Assembly: GCF_006345805.1 (NCBI RefSeq) | Contig: NW_021834250.1 | Span: 1 to 50,810 of the forward strand | Reading direction: 5' to 3' | From: Octopus sinensis | Lineage: Eukaryota | DNA: 50,810 nucleotides | Shown: in pieces, positions 1 through 13,734 of the stretch | How positions within the stretch are numbered: position 1 is the stretch's first letter | How the letters are laid out: the number at the start of each line of letters is the position of its first letter | Translations under genes and position numbers: made by a program | Notes under the pieces: generated by a model | Seen by the model: only the letters and a program-made list of their open reading frames with translations | What the model was told of the DNA's origin: nothing | Databases searched by the model: none

Positions 1-154
1 TATATATATACATATATATATACATCATATATATAATATATATTATATATATATATAATGTTATATCAAATCAGACACGACCCATGTTCAAAAGACAGAC
101 GTTTAAAAAGCAAGGCGTCTATGTGGGTAAGAATCTCGCTATGTATCTATATTT

Positions 155-272
155 TTTTCTGGTTCAGTCCCACCGTGCGGCACCTTGAGCTGGGGCGTTC
201 CATAGAAACAGGTGGCATAGTGTATTCTCAGTAAATTTGGAAAACATGTCGAAACTAATCTTGTGTGAGTGT

Positions 273-320
<48 letters not shown>

Positions 321-430
321 GTGTGTGTGTGTTTTGCGTTTGTGCTTGTTCCCCTCCCCTGCTTGACAACCAGCTTTGATTTGCTTCCAACTCCAAAACG
401 TATCGGCTTGGCAAAGAAATTAAAAGAATA
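155..430 (+). mobile_element. SINE family B, diverged copy
   Basis: GGTTCAGTCCCACCGTGCGGCACCTTG, a (GT)n tract, then GCTTGACAACC. Confidence 0.7.
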
Positions 431-794
431 TATATGTACCTTCACAATATGTACGGGGGCAAACAGTTTGACTAAACACTTCACGTCAGTGTCCCAACAT
501 GGCCACAGGTCACTGCCTGAAACAAATAAAAGATACCAGTTAATATTGACTGATTGGTCACAGGCAGAACGCTCTTGATCATTGACCTACCAACATACCT
601 TCAGTTTACTTATGTTTCAATTAAGCTGCTATTTCTTGTTGTCCAGTTGAAAACACAGACATAATATGATATGATATAATTATATATATTATATTATATT
701 ATATTATATTATATATATTATATATAATATATATAATATATTATAATTATTTTATTTAATATTATTATATATATGTCGATATATATATATATAT

Positions 795-836
<42 letters not shown>

Positions 837-1758
837 TATATATACATACACAAACACACAAGCATACTTATATTTGGCTCGTCTATCTTTGGATAGTGAA
901 AAAATGAAGGTGATAGGTCAAAAGTGCAGTGCAATATTTCATTTCGATTTTGCACGAAACAAGGTATAATGAATTTCCTGAATGTGAAAAACGAATCATT
1001 TATTTATTTATTTACTTACATATTTAGTAGCTGAACATCTTCATGTACAATATTTAAAGAAACCCATTATTTTCAAAAGATAGGAGAATGATAAATGCAA
1101 ACCATTGTGAACAATAGCTGCTAAAGTACTTATCATTTATCCGTTGTGTATATTAATACGTCCTTACAGTAGCAACGTATCAGAGATTCATAGATTCATA
1201 AGAGCTATGGTAAAAGACTTCATTCTTATTCGCTTATGTGTGTATTTATGTCTACCATTTTGATTTTAATTGCCTAAGCGTATACACAAATACACACGAA
1301 GAATATGTGTGAGTATATCCATAGCATACCTGTACGCGCGAATATGTGTGTAGTGTGTGTGTGTGTGTGTGCGTATGTCTGTATGAATATTTTCAATATA
1401 CGTGTGAATGAGGTGTGTATGTGTATAAGCGTAGCTGTGAAAAATGGATTCTAAAATGGCCGGACGTTCGGACATTCGGACATTAGACGAACGAATAGCG
1501 AATTTGTAGATGTAGATGTTAAGTTTTATCGTTTATCGGCGTAAATTGTCTAGCGATGCGCTGTAAGCAGCCACATTACACGTACAGAGATGTAGGCCAC
1601 TATGCAAATACATATTCGCTCGAATACAATGGGGTAGTAACGTACAAGCAGTAGAAATATAAAAAGATTGATATGTCCACAGAGAAATACAGTTTATGCG
1701 AAAAGAAACGCATTGAAATGGACATTATATATGTAAATATTTTGTATGATAGTATACA

Positions 1759-1794
<36 letters not shown>

Positions 1795-2172
1795 CGTGCG
1801 TGAGAGAGATTCCGTGTTAATGCTCACCTAACGCATGTATATGCTTGTGCATGTTTACTTATATGGTGCTCAATCCATACCTCATAGTCCGATAAAGTAT
1901 GTTTGGCAGCTCCCTCTCTCTCTTCCATCTCCCCTCTCAGCACTCTCTCTCTCTCTCTCTCTCTCTCTCGCTCTCTCACACACACACATATTTTCGACTA
2001 TAAATGTGCTAAATATGCTAATCGCTGTTGTGTTTGTCAAATAAGAACAGCTTCTTTACGGCGAATATGAGTTCAGTTCATAAGACATTTCATTCATCAA
2101 CGAGTGATTCTGGGACAGCCGTTGTTTCGACATGGTGTATTCTATCTACCAAAATCACTCGTAGGGTATTAA

Positions 2173-2407
2173 GGCGGCGAACTGGCAGAAACGTTAGCAC
2201 GCCGGGCGAAATGCGTAGCCGTATTTCGTCTGTCGCTACGTTGTGAGTTCAAATTCCGTCGAGGTCGACTTTGCCTTTCATCCTTTCGGGGTCGATAAAT
2301 AAAGTAGCAGTTACGCATTGGGATCGATGTAATCGACTTAATACCTATGTCTGTCATTGTTTGTCCCCTCTAATGTTTAGCCCCTTGTGGGTAATAAAGA
2401 AATAGGT
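2173..2407 (+). mobile_element. tRNA-derived SINE family A, full-length (long tail)
   Basis: GGCGGCGAACTGGCAGAAAC...GAGTTCAAATTCC (B box)...GGGGTCGATAAA...TTTAGCCCCTTGTGGGTAATAAAGAAATAGG; the sequence recurs many times in the window. Confidence 0.9.
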
Positions 2408-3876
2408 ATCGAATCGAACAAGAACCGATTGATTTGTTTAAAACTTCAGCAAATAAAATCGGTTGCTGATCCATACTAACTGAAAATAAATCGTCATATA
2501 CATAGTGAACAACGAGGATCAAAACGTTGACCTGTACCAATGAATTACGTATGTTAAGAATATGCATGTCTCATGTCACATCCATATCTAACTGTTATGC
2601 AAGGGGTGAAACTAATTTGCTTAGTGGGAATGCGACATTTACATACGCTTGGAAAGTGATCGAACGATGCCATTTTAGAATCCAGTGCTTTGTTTGTTGC
2701 ATGTGTTATGTAAATCTTCATTAATTTTATTGGTGATGTCAAAGGTTGCATGCAGAAACATGAATTCAGTAGTTCACCTGACCAGTATACTACCCCCGGT
2801 GAGGATTCAACATTTATGATCGACTGTGTGTTCAAAGTCGATCCAATACATTTCTAATTAAAAACAATACAATAATGAATTGAATAACCACGGTATATGA
2901 GCAGGATTAATTCATTTTTTTCATCGAATGATAATTAAGAGACTTGTCATTGAGATTTTCTATTTCGATGCGTTGAATTCATTATACAATATTTCAGCTT
3001 AATCGGAACATTTCTCATAAATATGATCGGTTGAACGAATCAGATTAATACTAATATATTTACACAGCTTAATGATAACTATCCCTGTTCAATCACATCG
3101 GGATTCTGCAATAGGTAAGAAACATAATTGTGTACGGATCCTAATTTGGCCTTATGTTATGAAACAAATTTATAGCACAAAGCACACGTTTAGAATTGAT
3201 TGATGCAGTCACAGTTTCGATCTCAGACACAAAATTTAAAATATATTAGGGCTCTGTCCTAGAATATTTAATTTGGGAATGTTGCTTGATTTAGTAATAA
3301 TGCTTATAGATTTTAGTTAAACAGCAAAATGATCTTGTTGCATTGATGCTATGTACTTTAACGAATAGTTGTTTTTTTAATCGTCTGGTCAGAGAAGGAT
3401 CCGAGCGATGCCAATAGATAGAACTGTGTTAAAACCACGTAAGAACCAAATACTGTAAGGCTAAGTATGCTACAGAAGCAGGCCACTGTGGGATTTAAAA
3501 CTCATAACTCAAAGAGCCATAACAAGCCTATGCAATGATATAACGATACCACCGCTCCAAAGTTATGAAGTGGTACTTCAGTGAGATTTGTCAAAAAACA
3601 CACCAGCCCAGAATAAATAGTGCATGAAGATGGAAAAAGTTAAGGTCTAAAGTTAAACAACTGAAACCTGCTGTAGACTAAGTTTTGACCCTTACGGGTG
3701 TCAAAGTCCATTCAACAGAGAACTGATTCATAGACTTCTATCTTCCTCAGAGATGTTTGTGATCATTAGATTTTCCTTGATAAAGCCTAATCCATCTGGA
3801 ATTTCATATATTTTCAAATATTTCTACCTGTTTACTGAGTGGAATATTCTTAAGTGCTGCATTCTTGGCAGCATAA

Positions 3877-3988
3877 ATTATGTGACTGAACATCAACATA
3901 ATTTATTATGTGACTGAACATCAACATAATTTATTATGTGACTGAACATCAACATAATTTATTATGTGACTGAACATCAACATAATTT
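3877..3988. repeat. four exact tandem copies of a 28-bp unit
   Basis: ATTATGTGACTGAACATCAACATAATTT starts at 3877, 3905, 3933 and 3961, with no spacers. Confidence 0.97.
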
Positions 3989-4769
3989 ATTGAGATCAAG
4001 TCGTTGATTCCTAGGTTTATTTTTCCTTCAAAATCAACAACAACAAATAAAATTCTGTTTAAAATAACAAAAAGTGGAACAACTGAATTTCGGTTGACTC
4101 CAAACATTTAAATATGTTGGTGAGATTACGAAAGAAACATTAATGATTTGACGTTACGTTCGAATGCACACTGTGCAGACCAGTTGCAACCAGGCCATTT
4201 AGAACTCGCATATGGGAGATAATCTTTCTGCATTGGTACTTCAACTATGCTGTCAAAACTGTAAAATTTCGATAAACTCGCTAAGTTTCGGCTCAGGTAG
4301 GAAAGTTCCACACAAGAATTAATGGTCTGATTAAGTATCTCATTAAAATAAATCTTTAATTCACAGCCATTTATTTCAAATTTAACTACTGAAATTTGAA
4401 CAAGCTGAAAAATTTAACGATCTATTTGAAGATAAGCAACTATGGCGCTGAGGACAGGATAACATTTTATTTCACTAACAAAGGAAAACGAAGTCGATAT
4501 AAAAGAAGTCTGTGGTCAAATAGATTTCTATCTCAACAATAAAATGATTAAGGATTGTGGCTGAGAAGCATGGATTAAGTACTGAACGAGCTTGAATAAT
4601 GCATTCCATGATTTCCGTTCATTAATATTCGGTATGAAAATGTGATGTTGAATGTGGAAAAAAAGCGAAATTTTTATTGAATATGTAAAACAGGACTTCT
4701 ATGTTACAACATCTACGAGGTAATTGTGTACTACACGGTATTTTCAGTTCTGCGGTGGATTAAGGCGCA

Positions 4770-4945
4770 GAACTGACAGAATCACTCGCATGCCGGACAA
4801 CATGTTTAACGACATTTCGTCCATCTTTATGTTTTAAATACTAATTCCGACGAGGTCGACTCTGCATGTCATTCTTTCGGAGTCGATGAAATAAGAACCA
4901 TTAATGGATTGGGATTCATGTAATCAATTGTTCCGCCCCAACCCC
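4770..4945 (+). mobile_element. SINE family A, old diverged copy
   Basis: GAACTGACAGAATC...TTCCGACGAGGTCGACT...TTCGGAGTCGATGAAATAAG. Confidence 0.7.
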
Positions 4946-5039
4946 AAATTTCAGGCATTGCGAGCAGATTTATTTAACAAAACCTGAAGGAAGCAATTCA
5001 TATATGTGCATGCGTGTATGCATGTTTTTGTGTTTCTTC

Positions 5040-5230
5040 TACACCACCACTTGGCAGTCGGTGTTGGTTTATTTACGTCCCCATAAGTAGTAATTCGGGA
5101 AAAGTGACCGATGCAATAAGACCCAGGTTAAAATTAAGAACCGAGGGCGGTTTGTTTGACTAAACCCTTCAAAACGGTGCTCCGGAATAGCCACAGTCCA
5201 GTGACTGAAATATATAAAAGATAAAAGATA
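5040..5230 (+). mobile_element. SINE family B, 3' half
   Basis: TTTACGTCCCC...GTTTGACTAAACCCTTCAAAACGGTGCTCC...GACTGAAATATATAAAAGATAAAAGAT. Confidence 0.7.
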
Positions 5231-5371
5231 AATAACAAAATAATTTTCTACAATAAACAAAAAGTTAAATCACTGGAAATATTAGTGGTCCTTGCACTTT
5301 TTCTACACTTCTCAAACGAATTATATCTTGCCATTATTAACAAATTGCTATCTACTCTTAAAAATTTCATA

Positions 5372-5463
5372 AAGAAGTGGATATGTTGCATAAAATAATA
5401 ATTAACTGATCCTCTGGTAATTTCTTTTACCCAAAACCAGGAAAGTTTCAACATTCCATCGTA
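5372..5463 (+). mobile_element. diverged right end of the same mariner MITE family
   Basis: GATATGTTGCATAAAA..ATAATTAACTGATCCTC..TTTCTTTTACCCAAAACCAGGAAAGTTTCAAC..TCGTA aligns with 19574-19656. Confidence 0.7.
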
Positions 5464-5589
5464 ATAAACCCAGGGAAACCATGGTTACAAAGAGATTACA
5501 CAATCTTAGTGATATCAGTCATGAATATTATCTTGTATGAAAAATAATTAGTTCTAACTCGTGTTAAATGTAACTTTCTTATTTATAAG

Positions 5590-5649
5590 CGACCGAGTAC
5601 GATGCCAAGAATAACTTTCGAACACAGGCTGAGGTCAAAGCTGAAAAAG
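5590..5649 (+). CDS. candidate 60-nt symmetric exon
   Basis: Branch-like TTCTAAC, acceptor CTTTCTTATTTATAAG, frame xTEYDAKNNFRTQAEVKAEK (phase 1-1), donor AAG|GTATGA. Confidence 0.25.
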
Positions 5650-5984
5650 GTATGATATAATATACTGCAGAAAGACAACATTAACAACAACACATTCAGC
5701 AGATTTATTTATAGTAATATAACATATTTTATTTCACAACAACATATTTTAGAGAGTTGTGAAGTACTCTAATAAACAGCCGGAGACATCATGCGAAACG
5801 TCAACCATTCGGTTCTTAGTGAAGGACTCGCCAAATTCTAATCACGATGATGAATGCATAAAGCTATCCATTGAATGGACACGCACATCGTATACAAGTA
5901 CATTGCTATTTATGCAGAGTTCATATTGAGTTACATTGTCTCGATGGCATCTGCTTATATGCACTCGCACGCAGCGATATAAAC

Positions 5985-6161
5985 GTATATAAATAAATAA
6001 ATATATATATATATATATATAATATATATAATAGGATATGTATATATATATATATATAAAATATATATAGGATATGTATATATATATATAAAATATATAT
6101 AGGATACGTATATATATATATATATATAATATACATATAGGTATATATAAATATATATAGG

Positions 6162-6243
<82 letters not shown>

Positions 6244-6298
6244 ATTATATATATTATATATATATATATTATATATATATATATATATAATATATAGA

Positions 6299-6344
<46 letters not shown>

Positions 6345-6420
6345 TCAAACATATAGAAACACATGTAGGCACACACACATATATATACACATATATATAC
6401 ACATACACACACACGTATAT
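5985..6420. repeat. long degenerate (TA)n tract
   Basis: Read directly. Similar (TA)n/(CA)n tracts occur at about 670-850, 12195-12325, 15245-15460, 23650-23860, 24700-24860, 35590-35715, 38510-38600 and 39860-40145. Confidence 0.97.
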
Positions 6421-7429
6421 AGATAGATGGTAGTGTCCATGTATGTGTGTGTACTGCTAGAAAGAATGGAGAATACAGAGAAAGCGGGTGGGAGAAAGGG
6501 AGAGAATTGCAAATGCCAACCGAACAAAAATAATCTCATCGTTGGCTAGTTTGGCCGGATTGTCAGTTGGATGAGACACTTTATCATAAAATCATTTCAT
6601 CAAAATGATGATTGGATGATGAATGTGTCGTGCGATAGGAGGAACAATAAGATGTAGCTGATCACGAAAATCTGTTGATCTCTGATGGCATTGCTATGAT
6701 ATTCAATCTGACAACACGGAAGTGAAGCTGTATGTTAGTGATAAATCACTTTTACGCGTCTAACATTTTATAGAGATTTACTCAGTTATCAGATTTTCAA
6801 AACTAACTTCAGCTGTATTTAAGTATCAGTTAATTAAAGTGAAGAGATTTCTACAGTGCAAGACGTAGTTTCAAGATATCCGATCAACACTACACTCATT
6901 GAATGGATATTTCAATTTATGCCCATACATCAACATTGTTAATAAACATAGTGAAGAGAAGAACCTCTAGACTTTTAACTCTCTGCAATCACAATGAGAC
7001 TCTGTGAATACTCTAACAAAAGAAATAAATTTCAATAAACAATAAAGCATTTTCCTTTATTTCACAAGGAATATTGGACCATAGTTTTTATCCATCAGTT
7101 TACCGTTTGATAGAAAAATCATTCTTCATAATGATGGTAAATAAAATGCCAAGATTCTCCAGAAACTAGTCTCGTCTTCAGTGACCCGACAGTATCAATG
7201 CAGAGAACCTGAGCAGGGAATATACAAAAAAGAAATACATGATTCTGTTGAAGATCCAGATCATGACTCCTAAAGTATTTTCAAAGAATGCCGATCCTAC
7301 CCTGCATCTACTTGAGATAATATATGTAAAAAGATAGAAGAGAAAAAGGAACATGCTTTAGTGCATGCTTCTAATACTTGAATATTTTCTAACTCAGTTT
7401 TGGAAATATGTTCCTTGCAGTGAGCTAGC

Positions 7430-7760
7430 TTCCAAACTTCAGTATCATATCGTAAAGTATTTGAGAGGAATGCGTGATCAAAAATTACTTACTGGAGAGC
7501 AACAACATCCTGAACCCCAATCACCATAGACTCCTTAATATAGCTTCCTCAAGGCTTTGCCAATATTCCAAAAGTTTACAGATTTCAAACGCCGCTTTCC
7601 ACAGGTCCTTTGACGTAGACGATGACAACGTTTACTAGTTGACTGTCATTCGCAGCAGTTTATAGAAAACTAATGCAAGGAGTGAAGTATGTCTGTCTAC
7701 AAAGAATCAAACCAGTCTTCATCGACGGAATGCCCTTAAACACAACGGAAGACTACACTC
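7430..7760 (+). mobile_element. possible decayed Penelope-like reverse transcriptase fragment
   Basis: KLQYHIVKYLRGMRDQKLLTGEQ...PQSP*TP followed by GFANIPKVYRFQTPL, loosely resembling the Penelope YGLPKIHK..PLRPI region; weak similarity only. Confidence 0.25.
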
Positions 7761-7971
7761 TGTGTTCAAAAAGAACTTTAATGAACCGGACTCACGCCAT
7801 AATTTTAAACAGAGATGAAGTCGCTAATGTCATGAAACAGGATATAGAAATATTTGCAGAAAATTCTAACCTTCCAAATCGTTCAAAGCACTCAGAGGCC
7901 GGGCAAATCTCCAGTCTCATCTTCATGTTGCAAGTGAATGGTGGAAAAAAAGAAAAACATCACTAGTTGTG

Positions 7972-8185
7972 AGGAGCAGGCGTGGCTGTGTGGTAAAAAC
8001 ACATGGCTCTGGATTCAGTCCCACTGCGTGGCATCTTGAGCAAATACTTTCTACTATTGTCTCGGGCAACCAAATCCTTATGGATAGATTTGTTGGAGGG
8101 AAACTGAAAGAAGCCTTGCCTATATTCGTATGTGTGAGTGTGTGCGAATGTGTGTGTAAGTGCTTGTGTGTCAGTCTGTCTGTCT
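7972..8185 (+). mobile_element. SINE family B, 5' half
   Basis: GGCGTGGCTGTGTGGTAA...TTCAGTCCCACTGCGTGGCATCTTG...GGAAACTGAAAGAAGCC, then (GT)n. Confidence 0.8.
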
Positions 8186-8217
8186 CTTCCTCTCTCTCGC
8201 CCTTTCCCCCCTCTTTG

Positions 8218-8254
<37 letters not shown>

Positions 8255-8647
8255 TATATTTGTATACAGCGTGCGGCAGAAGTAACGCCATTTTGTATTT
8301 GGGTTTTCAAGTTTTTAATTGAAATAATATTTAATATAATTCCGAAATCTCCTAAAGCTCCTGCTATTTTTTTGCATTAGTTTACTTTTTCGTTTCTCTA
8401 AGTAATGCAATAAAATTTTGTCCCATAAAAAATTACTTAATAAACATTGATATACTATAAAATTATTAAATGCAGTACGGGCGTTATTTCTGTGGTACCC
8501 TGTTTATATATGTATATATAATATCTTTATTTTCATATAAGCAAAATAGCTAGTTCTAAAATCTATAAGAGATGAAAGTAGCAACTATACAGAAAAAATA
8601 ACGTTTGTTACGACTTCAACACGGTTGTTCACTAGGGAAGGACGTTA

Positions 8648-8859
8648 CTACTATGTTTTTAATCCCAGGAAGATATATTCTCCAGCTGGTTTACAGCACC
8701 ACCTGTATCTGACAAACCTATACCATACCGGTCTGCTGGTCCTGTCAAATACCTAAAAAGGTGGTTGGGGCCTGGTCTCCTGATGCAATATTTCGGACAC
8801 AAATTCTGTAGTAAACCAGCTGGAGAATATGTTCTCCTGGGGTGGAAAAATAATAGTAG
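8648..8859. mobile_element. about 210-bp MITE-like foldback element
   Basis: About 50-bp imperfect terminal inverted repeats with a perfect core ATATTCTCCAGCTGGTTTAC / GTAAACCAGCTGGAGAATAT; flanked by TA and CA. Confidence 0.75.
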
Positions 8860-8903
8860 CATTGTTCCGTACGGAAAGCCATGCTGAAGATTCAACAAAT
8901 ATT

Positions 8904-8974
<71 letters not shown>

Positions 8975-10321
8975 AAACTTCGAGAGAACGTGAAATGTTT
9001 TACTTGTAAAGACTAAACTCGAATTAGCTATAGCTATGAGCAGCCTTTGACTTTTCTTTCCAGAACGTTTTTCAACACAGTATTTAAAAGATATACTTTT
9101 ATCTGCTTCAAATCCAGTCTTTAAAAACCCAGAGTATGCTTCAAATCTGGAGTGTTATTTTACCGTTACACTTTTGAAAGTGTAACTATAACGAGCCTAT
9201 TTCATTATGTCAAATACTGTAAATCTTTCATTAGTCCCAGTATTTGCAAATAGAATTTCCGAATCTAACTTACTTTTAGAATATCATTTTTCTACGAGAT
9301 ATGATTCGCAAAGTCTCCTTTATAACTCTAGCAATTTCAGCCTTGAAATATCGAGTGATTAATTAATGTGAGGCCTACTCTAAGAAATATTTTATTCTTT
9401 TCTTCTCTAGAATCAACTAAACGTACCGTTTCTGTTCTTCGAAATAATATTTATTTCTTCCTTCGCAAGTCACCCGAAATGTTCACCTCTGAAACACAGA
9501 AAATTCCTCATATTCTTTACGCTTGTCTAGCTCGCTGAATATTAAATATGACTTACTAATGCCAAACATACAGGATTAATCCATATTTCATTTCCATTTT
9601 TTTTTGCCTGTAAAGGTTTCCATAGTTTAAGAAGTGAAGTGGAAAATCACAGCAAACAATCCTAAGAGCTATGCAAAAAGAAAACCTATTTTAAAGAGAT
9701 GTGTACGCCAAACAATCGCCGCATTTTTTAATGGATTATAAGATCTAAATGCCTTTTCCATGACCGTTGCCAAATAATTTAGAATTGTAATTACATAACC
9801 GTGACCTACTATAGGCCTCTTAGTTACTGTAGCTACTTATATATGTATGCGTGAAAGTGCGCGTATATATGTATGTATATACATGTGTATGTATGGACAT
9901 GTGTGCTTACGCGATTGCTATGAACATTTTTACTCCCTCCCCTTATTTAATGGTCATTCTAATAGCTCTTTTGTCTTAATGACGGTCAATCACACAGTAA
10001 TTTCTCTTTGTTTAACGGTCATTTTCATAACCTTTTTTTAATGGCCCGATAAATGAAGAGATGAGGGCGTGAGTTTCCTCCCCGACATCCGAAACTCAAG
10101 GTTTTATCACAGCTACCGAATAATTGTCACATACTATATTTACAGATAAATTCCTCTATCTACATAATATCAAGGTCTCTTTCATTCTTTTGTTGTCTTA
10201 CCTGGTAAGGTCATGAATCGAACCCAGTAACTTTTTTAAAGCCTAGTACCATGTCCCTTTACAACTCTAGCAATTCCCTCCTACCAAATTTCAGACAGTG
10301 TGCTTACATGAGATACGATAT

Positions 10322-10720
<399 letters not shown>

Positions 10721-10726
10721 CAAGAA

Positions 10727-10905
10727 GGCGGTAAGCTGGCACAGTTGTTATCAGGTCGGAGAAAATGCTTAGCAAATTTTCTTTTTCTGTTATTTATGTT
10801 CAGCGTGAAAATTATGCTGAGGTTCATTTTGCCTTTTATTCTTTCGACCTGGATATACGTTGTATCACCAAAGTACTGAGGTCGATGTAATCGACTCACC
10901 TCTTC
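10727..10905 (+). mobile_element. SINE family A, diverged copy
   Basis: GGCGGTAAGCTGGCAC...AAATGCTTAGC...GAGGTCGATGTAATCGACTCACC. Confidence 0.75.
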
Positions 10906-12201
10906 CTGATTGCTAGCTTTGTAGCAAAATTTGGAGCAATATGACCAAGTCACGAACTTTTTATTTCGTTGGAATCATTTTTTTCTGTGGCATTAGTCAT
11001 CTATTACAAACGATAGCATACTGAAAATCAATTTGAAAGTGACAGATAGGTGAACACTGCGAGCAAAGAAAAAAAAAACAAAAAGGAAATTGAGATCCCT
11101 TCTCTGCAATTCAAAGATCATATTCTGGACGAAAATATAAAACTCATTCCCAGAAGCTCACGTTCGAAGATTATCTAGAAAGCAGAAAGGAAAACAAAAA
11201 ATAAAAGAGAGACAGAGAGCGAGAGAGACAGATAGATAGATAGAGAGAGAGACAGACAGCGACAGAGAGAGATAGAAATACTGATTTCCATCTTTCAAGG
11301 GAAATTTGCTTCACGGACCAATTACTTAATGAAATATGACATGAAACGAAGAAAGAAAGAATTGCATAAAATGTTATCCAACATTGAAATCTACCCGGCT
11401 ACACTAAACTTTAAATATTGTACAACACATCATACGAAGAAAAAAATGAACACTTTAAATGATCAATTTTCGTTTTAGAACAACAACTACCGCGATGGTA
11501 ACACCGTGGACGAAAACAAATACACAGAGGGATACAGGAACTGTACCGTATGTTCGGGTCTTAGGACAGCAGCAGCACAATGGAAAAAACCACACTGCTG
11601 CTAAAATCTGACACACACACACATATACACCCACACGAACACGCACACACACAAACAGGGACACAAGCGCATGCGCACATAAGGAGTGGTTTTTGTCATG
11701 GAAAACGAGTTACCCTGAAGGAGTAATTGCCAAATAGTAGGTACTTTATTTTCCTGCAATGAACCCCCACAAACGGCCGTTGGTACCCTAATTTAACTTA
11801 TTTTAACTCTCCTGAATTTTTACTTCGCTCACCACTGTATCCTTTATTTCGCATCCATCACCACTTCAGACTTTCTCTAATATGTTTTACTATACACGTA
11901 TGTTTTAACGTTTTCAAAATCTGTTAATTTACACATATATACATATTTAATACATTTATTTATTCATAGATTTCAAAAATATCTGTGTATTTTATATATT
12001 ATTATTTTCTCATGTACCTTTGTCCTTTAAATCCATCTGTAATCAGAATCATGTTAGCGGATTGAATTACCAGGTATTTTGTTTCTTCACATTACATATT
12101 TATATCTTTCGTCTCAAGTTACTCCTGAGCACTTCTAAGTCCAAAACTCTACATTGTGAGAGAATTTCTAATCAATCTACTTTCTCAAAACAATGATATA
12201 T

Positions 12202-12324
<123 letters not shown>

Positions 12325-12699
12325 AGAAATATTTAAGATTCAGTTGAATTAGGTACGTAAGTTGAGGCACCAGGTCAGTCCGGTATTGTCCGTACAGCTC
12401 GCAGCTAGATGACTAGAAACAAATAAGTAACAAGGATGTCCAGGTATTAATGCATTGCAGACGTTTCAAGCTGTTATATTTAATCGATCAATGCAAGCAT
12501 TACTTCAATTTGTAATACACCGATATCCTCGGATGCATAAGATCCTATAGCTTTTCAACATATAAGATACTCCATTATGATTTTTTAGCAAAGTTTTCAT
12601 CAGAACTAGAGAATAAAAGAAATTACAATGCTTACTGCTATTATTGTACCAAAGGCAGAAGAAAATACTGATGGGTTAAAGAAAGAGTAGTGGTGATAA

Positions 12700-13060
12700 A
12701 AGTACGTTCATCTTTAACCTTATAACTATCAAAAGATTCAATGCAGCAAGTATTCTCTATCACCTTACAATTAAAAACCATTGGGAATTAACAGTTAAAT
12801 TCTTGTTCAAGGTGAGAAACTAATTAAGGTCACTACTCTTCCCTATCTTTATTTTCCTGTGACTATAAATTCACCCTGTCTACATAAAAGAATATGTCTC
12901 AGAAGATTCTAACAAAATAAAGGCATGTACAAGATAACCAGAAAGAGGAAGGGTAGGAGTGTCTTAGACTATATTATGGTATCAATTAAGAGGGCATAAA
13001 ATAGAAGACAAAAGGGATCACAATGTGGAGATTAATGTGGGTATCCACAAAATGGATATC
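12700..13060 (+). mobile_element. possible highly decayed LINE apurinic-endonuclease fragment
   Basis: In correct order across frameshifts: IKRFNA (GDFNA-like), ITRKRKGRSVLDYIMVS (S.lDY motif) and RDHN (SDH-like). Confidence 0.35.
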
Positions 13061-13498
13061 AAGGGTACAGGAGGAAAATGCATATCCAAAATTTGCAAAA
13101 TTTATATTTTATTATTAATATATTATTATATTTTGTATGCTAAATCATAAGAATTAGAAAGGGATTTAATGACCGAGTAAGAGAGAAGGATAGATTAAAC
13201 AATTTAAGTCCTAAAAAAATGGGGTTCTTTTATATAAAATAGAAATGTCATAATAATTAATCCTAGCATATTGTTAAAGGGGTCTTAATAAAACTATTCA
13301 ACATTGAACGTATAATTAAAAACAGATTTCATCTGTGAGGGTGTACACATTTTCTACTGACTAAAACCCAAAGTTAAAGTGCTGAAAAAACATAAGGAAT
13401 TCTATAAAAGTTAAAGGAACATGGCAAAGATACAATTTTATAAAAATTTCCACCATTATCGAAAAATCTTAAAGGATATTAGAAAGTATAAAACTACC

Positions 13499-13540
<42 letters not shown>

Positions 13541-13734
13541 ATGCGTGTACGTGTGTATATGTATATATATATGTGTGTGCATATATATATATATATGTAT
13601 GTGTGTGTGTATGCTGGTGGATGAAAATTCATTATTAATGAGTTAAATCTACCATTGGTTTCACGTAAGAGTGAAATCTTTCAATAATTATCAAGCCTGT
13701 TCCATAGAATATTAATGTTTGTCCATTCACTCAC

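Noticed and set aside
1441-1500. Core promoter (AAAATGG YY1-like motifs plus 8-bp CGGACATT repeats)
   Set aside because: Short motifs occur by chance and no gene start can be anchored.
3877-3988. CRISPR array (28-bp palindromic repeats)
   Set aside because: Units are directly adjacent with no spacers, there are no cas genes, and the context is eukaryotic.
4126-4406. About 93-codon open minus-strand frame (LVQISVVKFEING...KWPGCNWSAQCAFE)
   Set aside because: No recognisable motif or strong donor; several frames this long are expected by chance across six frames of 50 kb.
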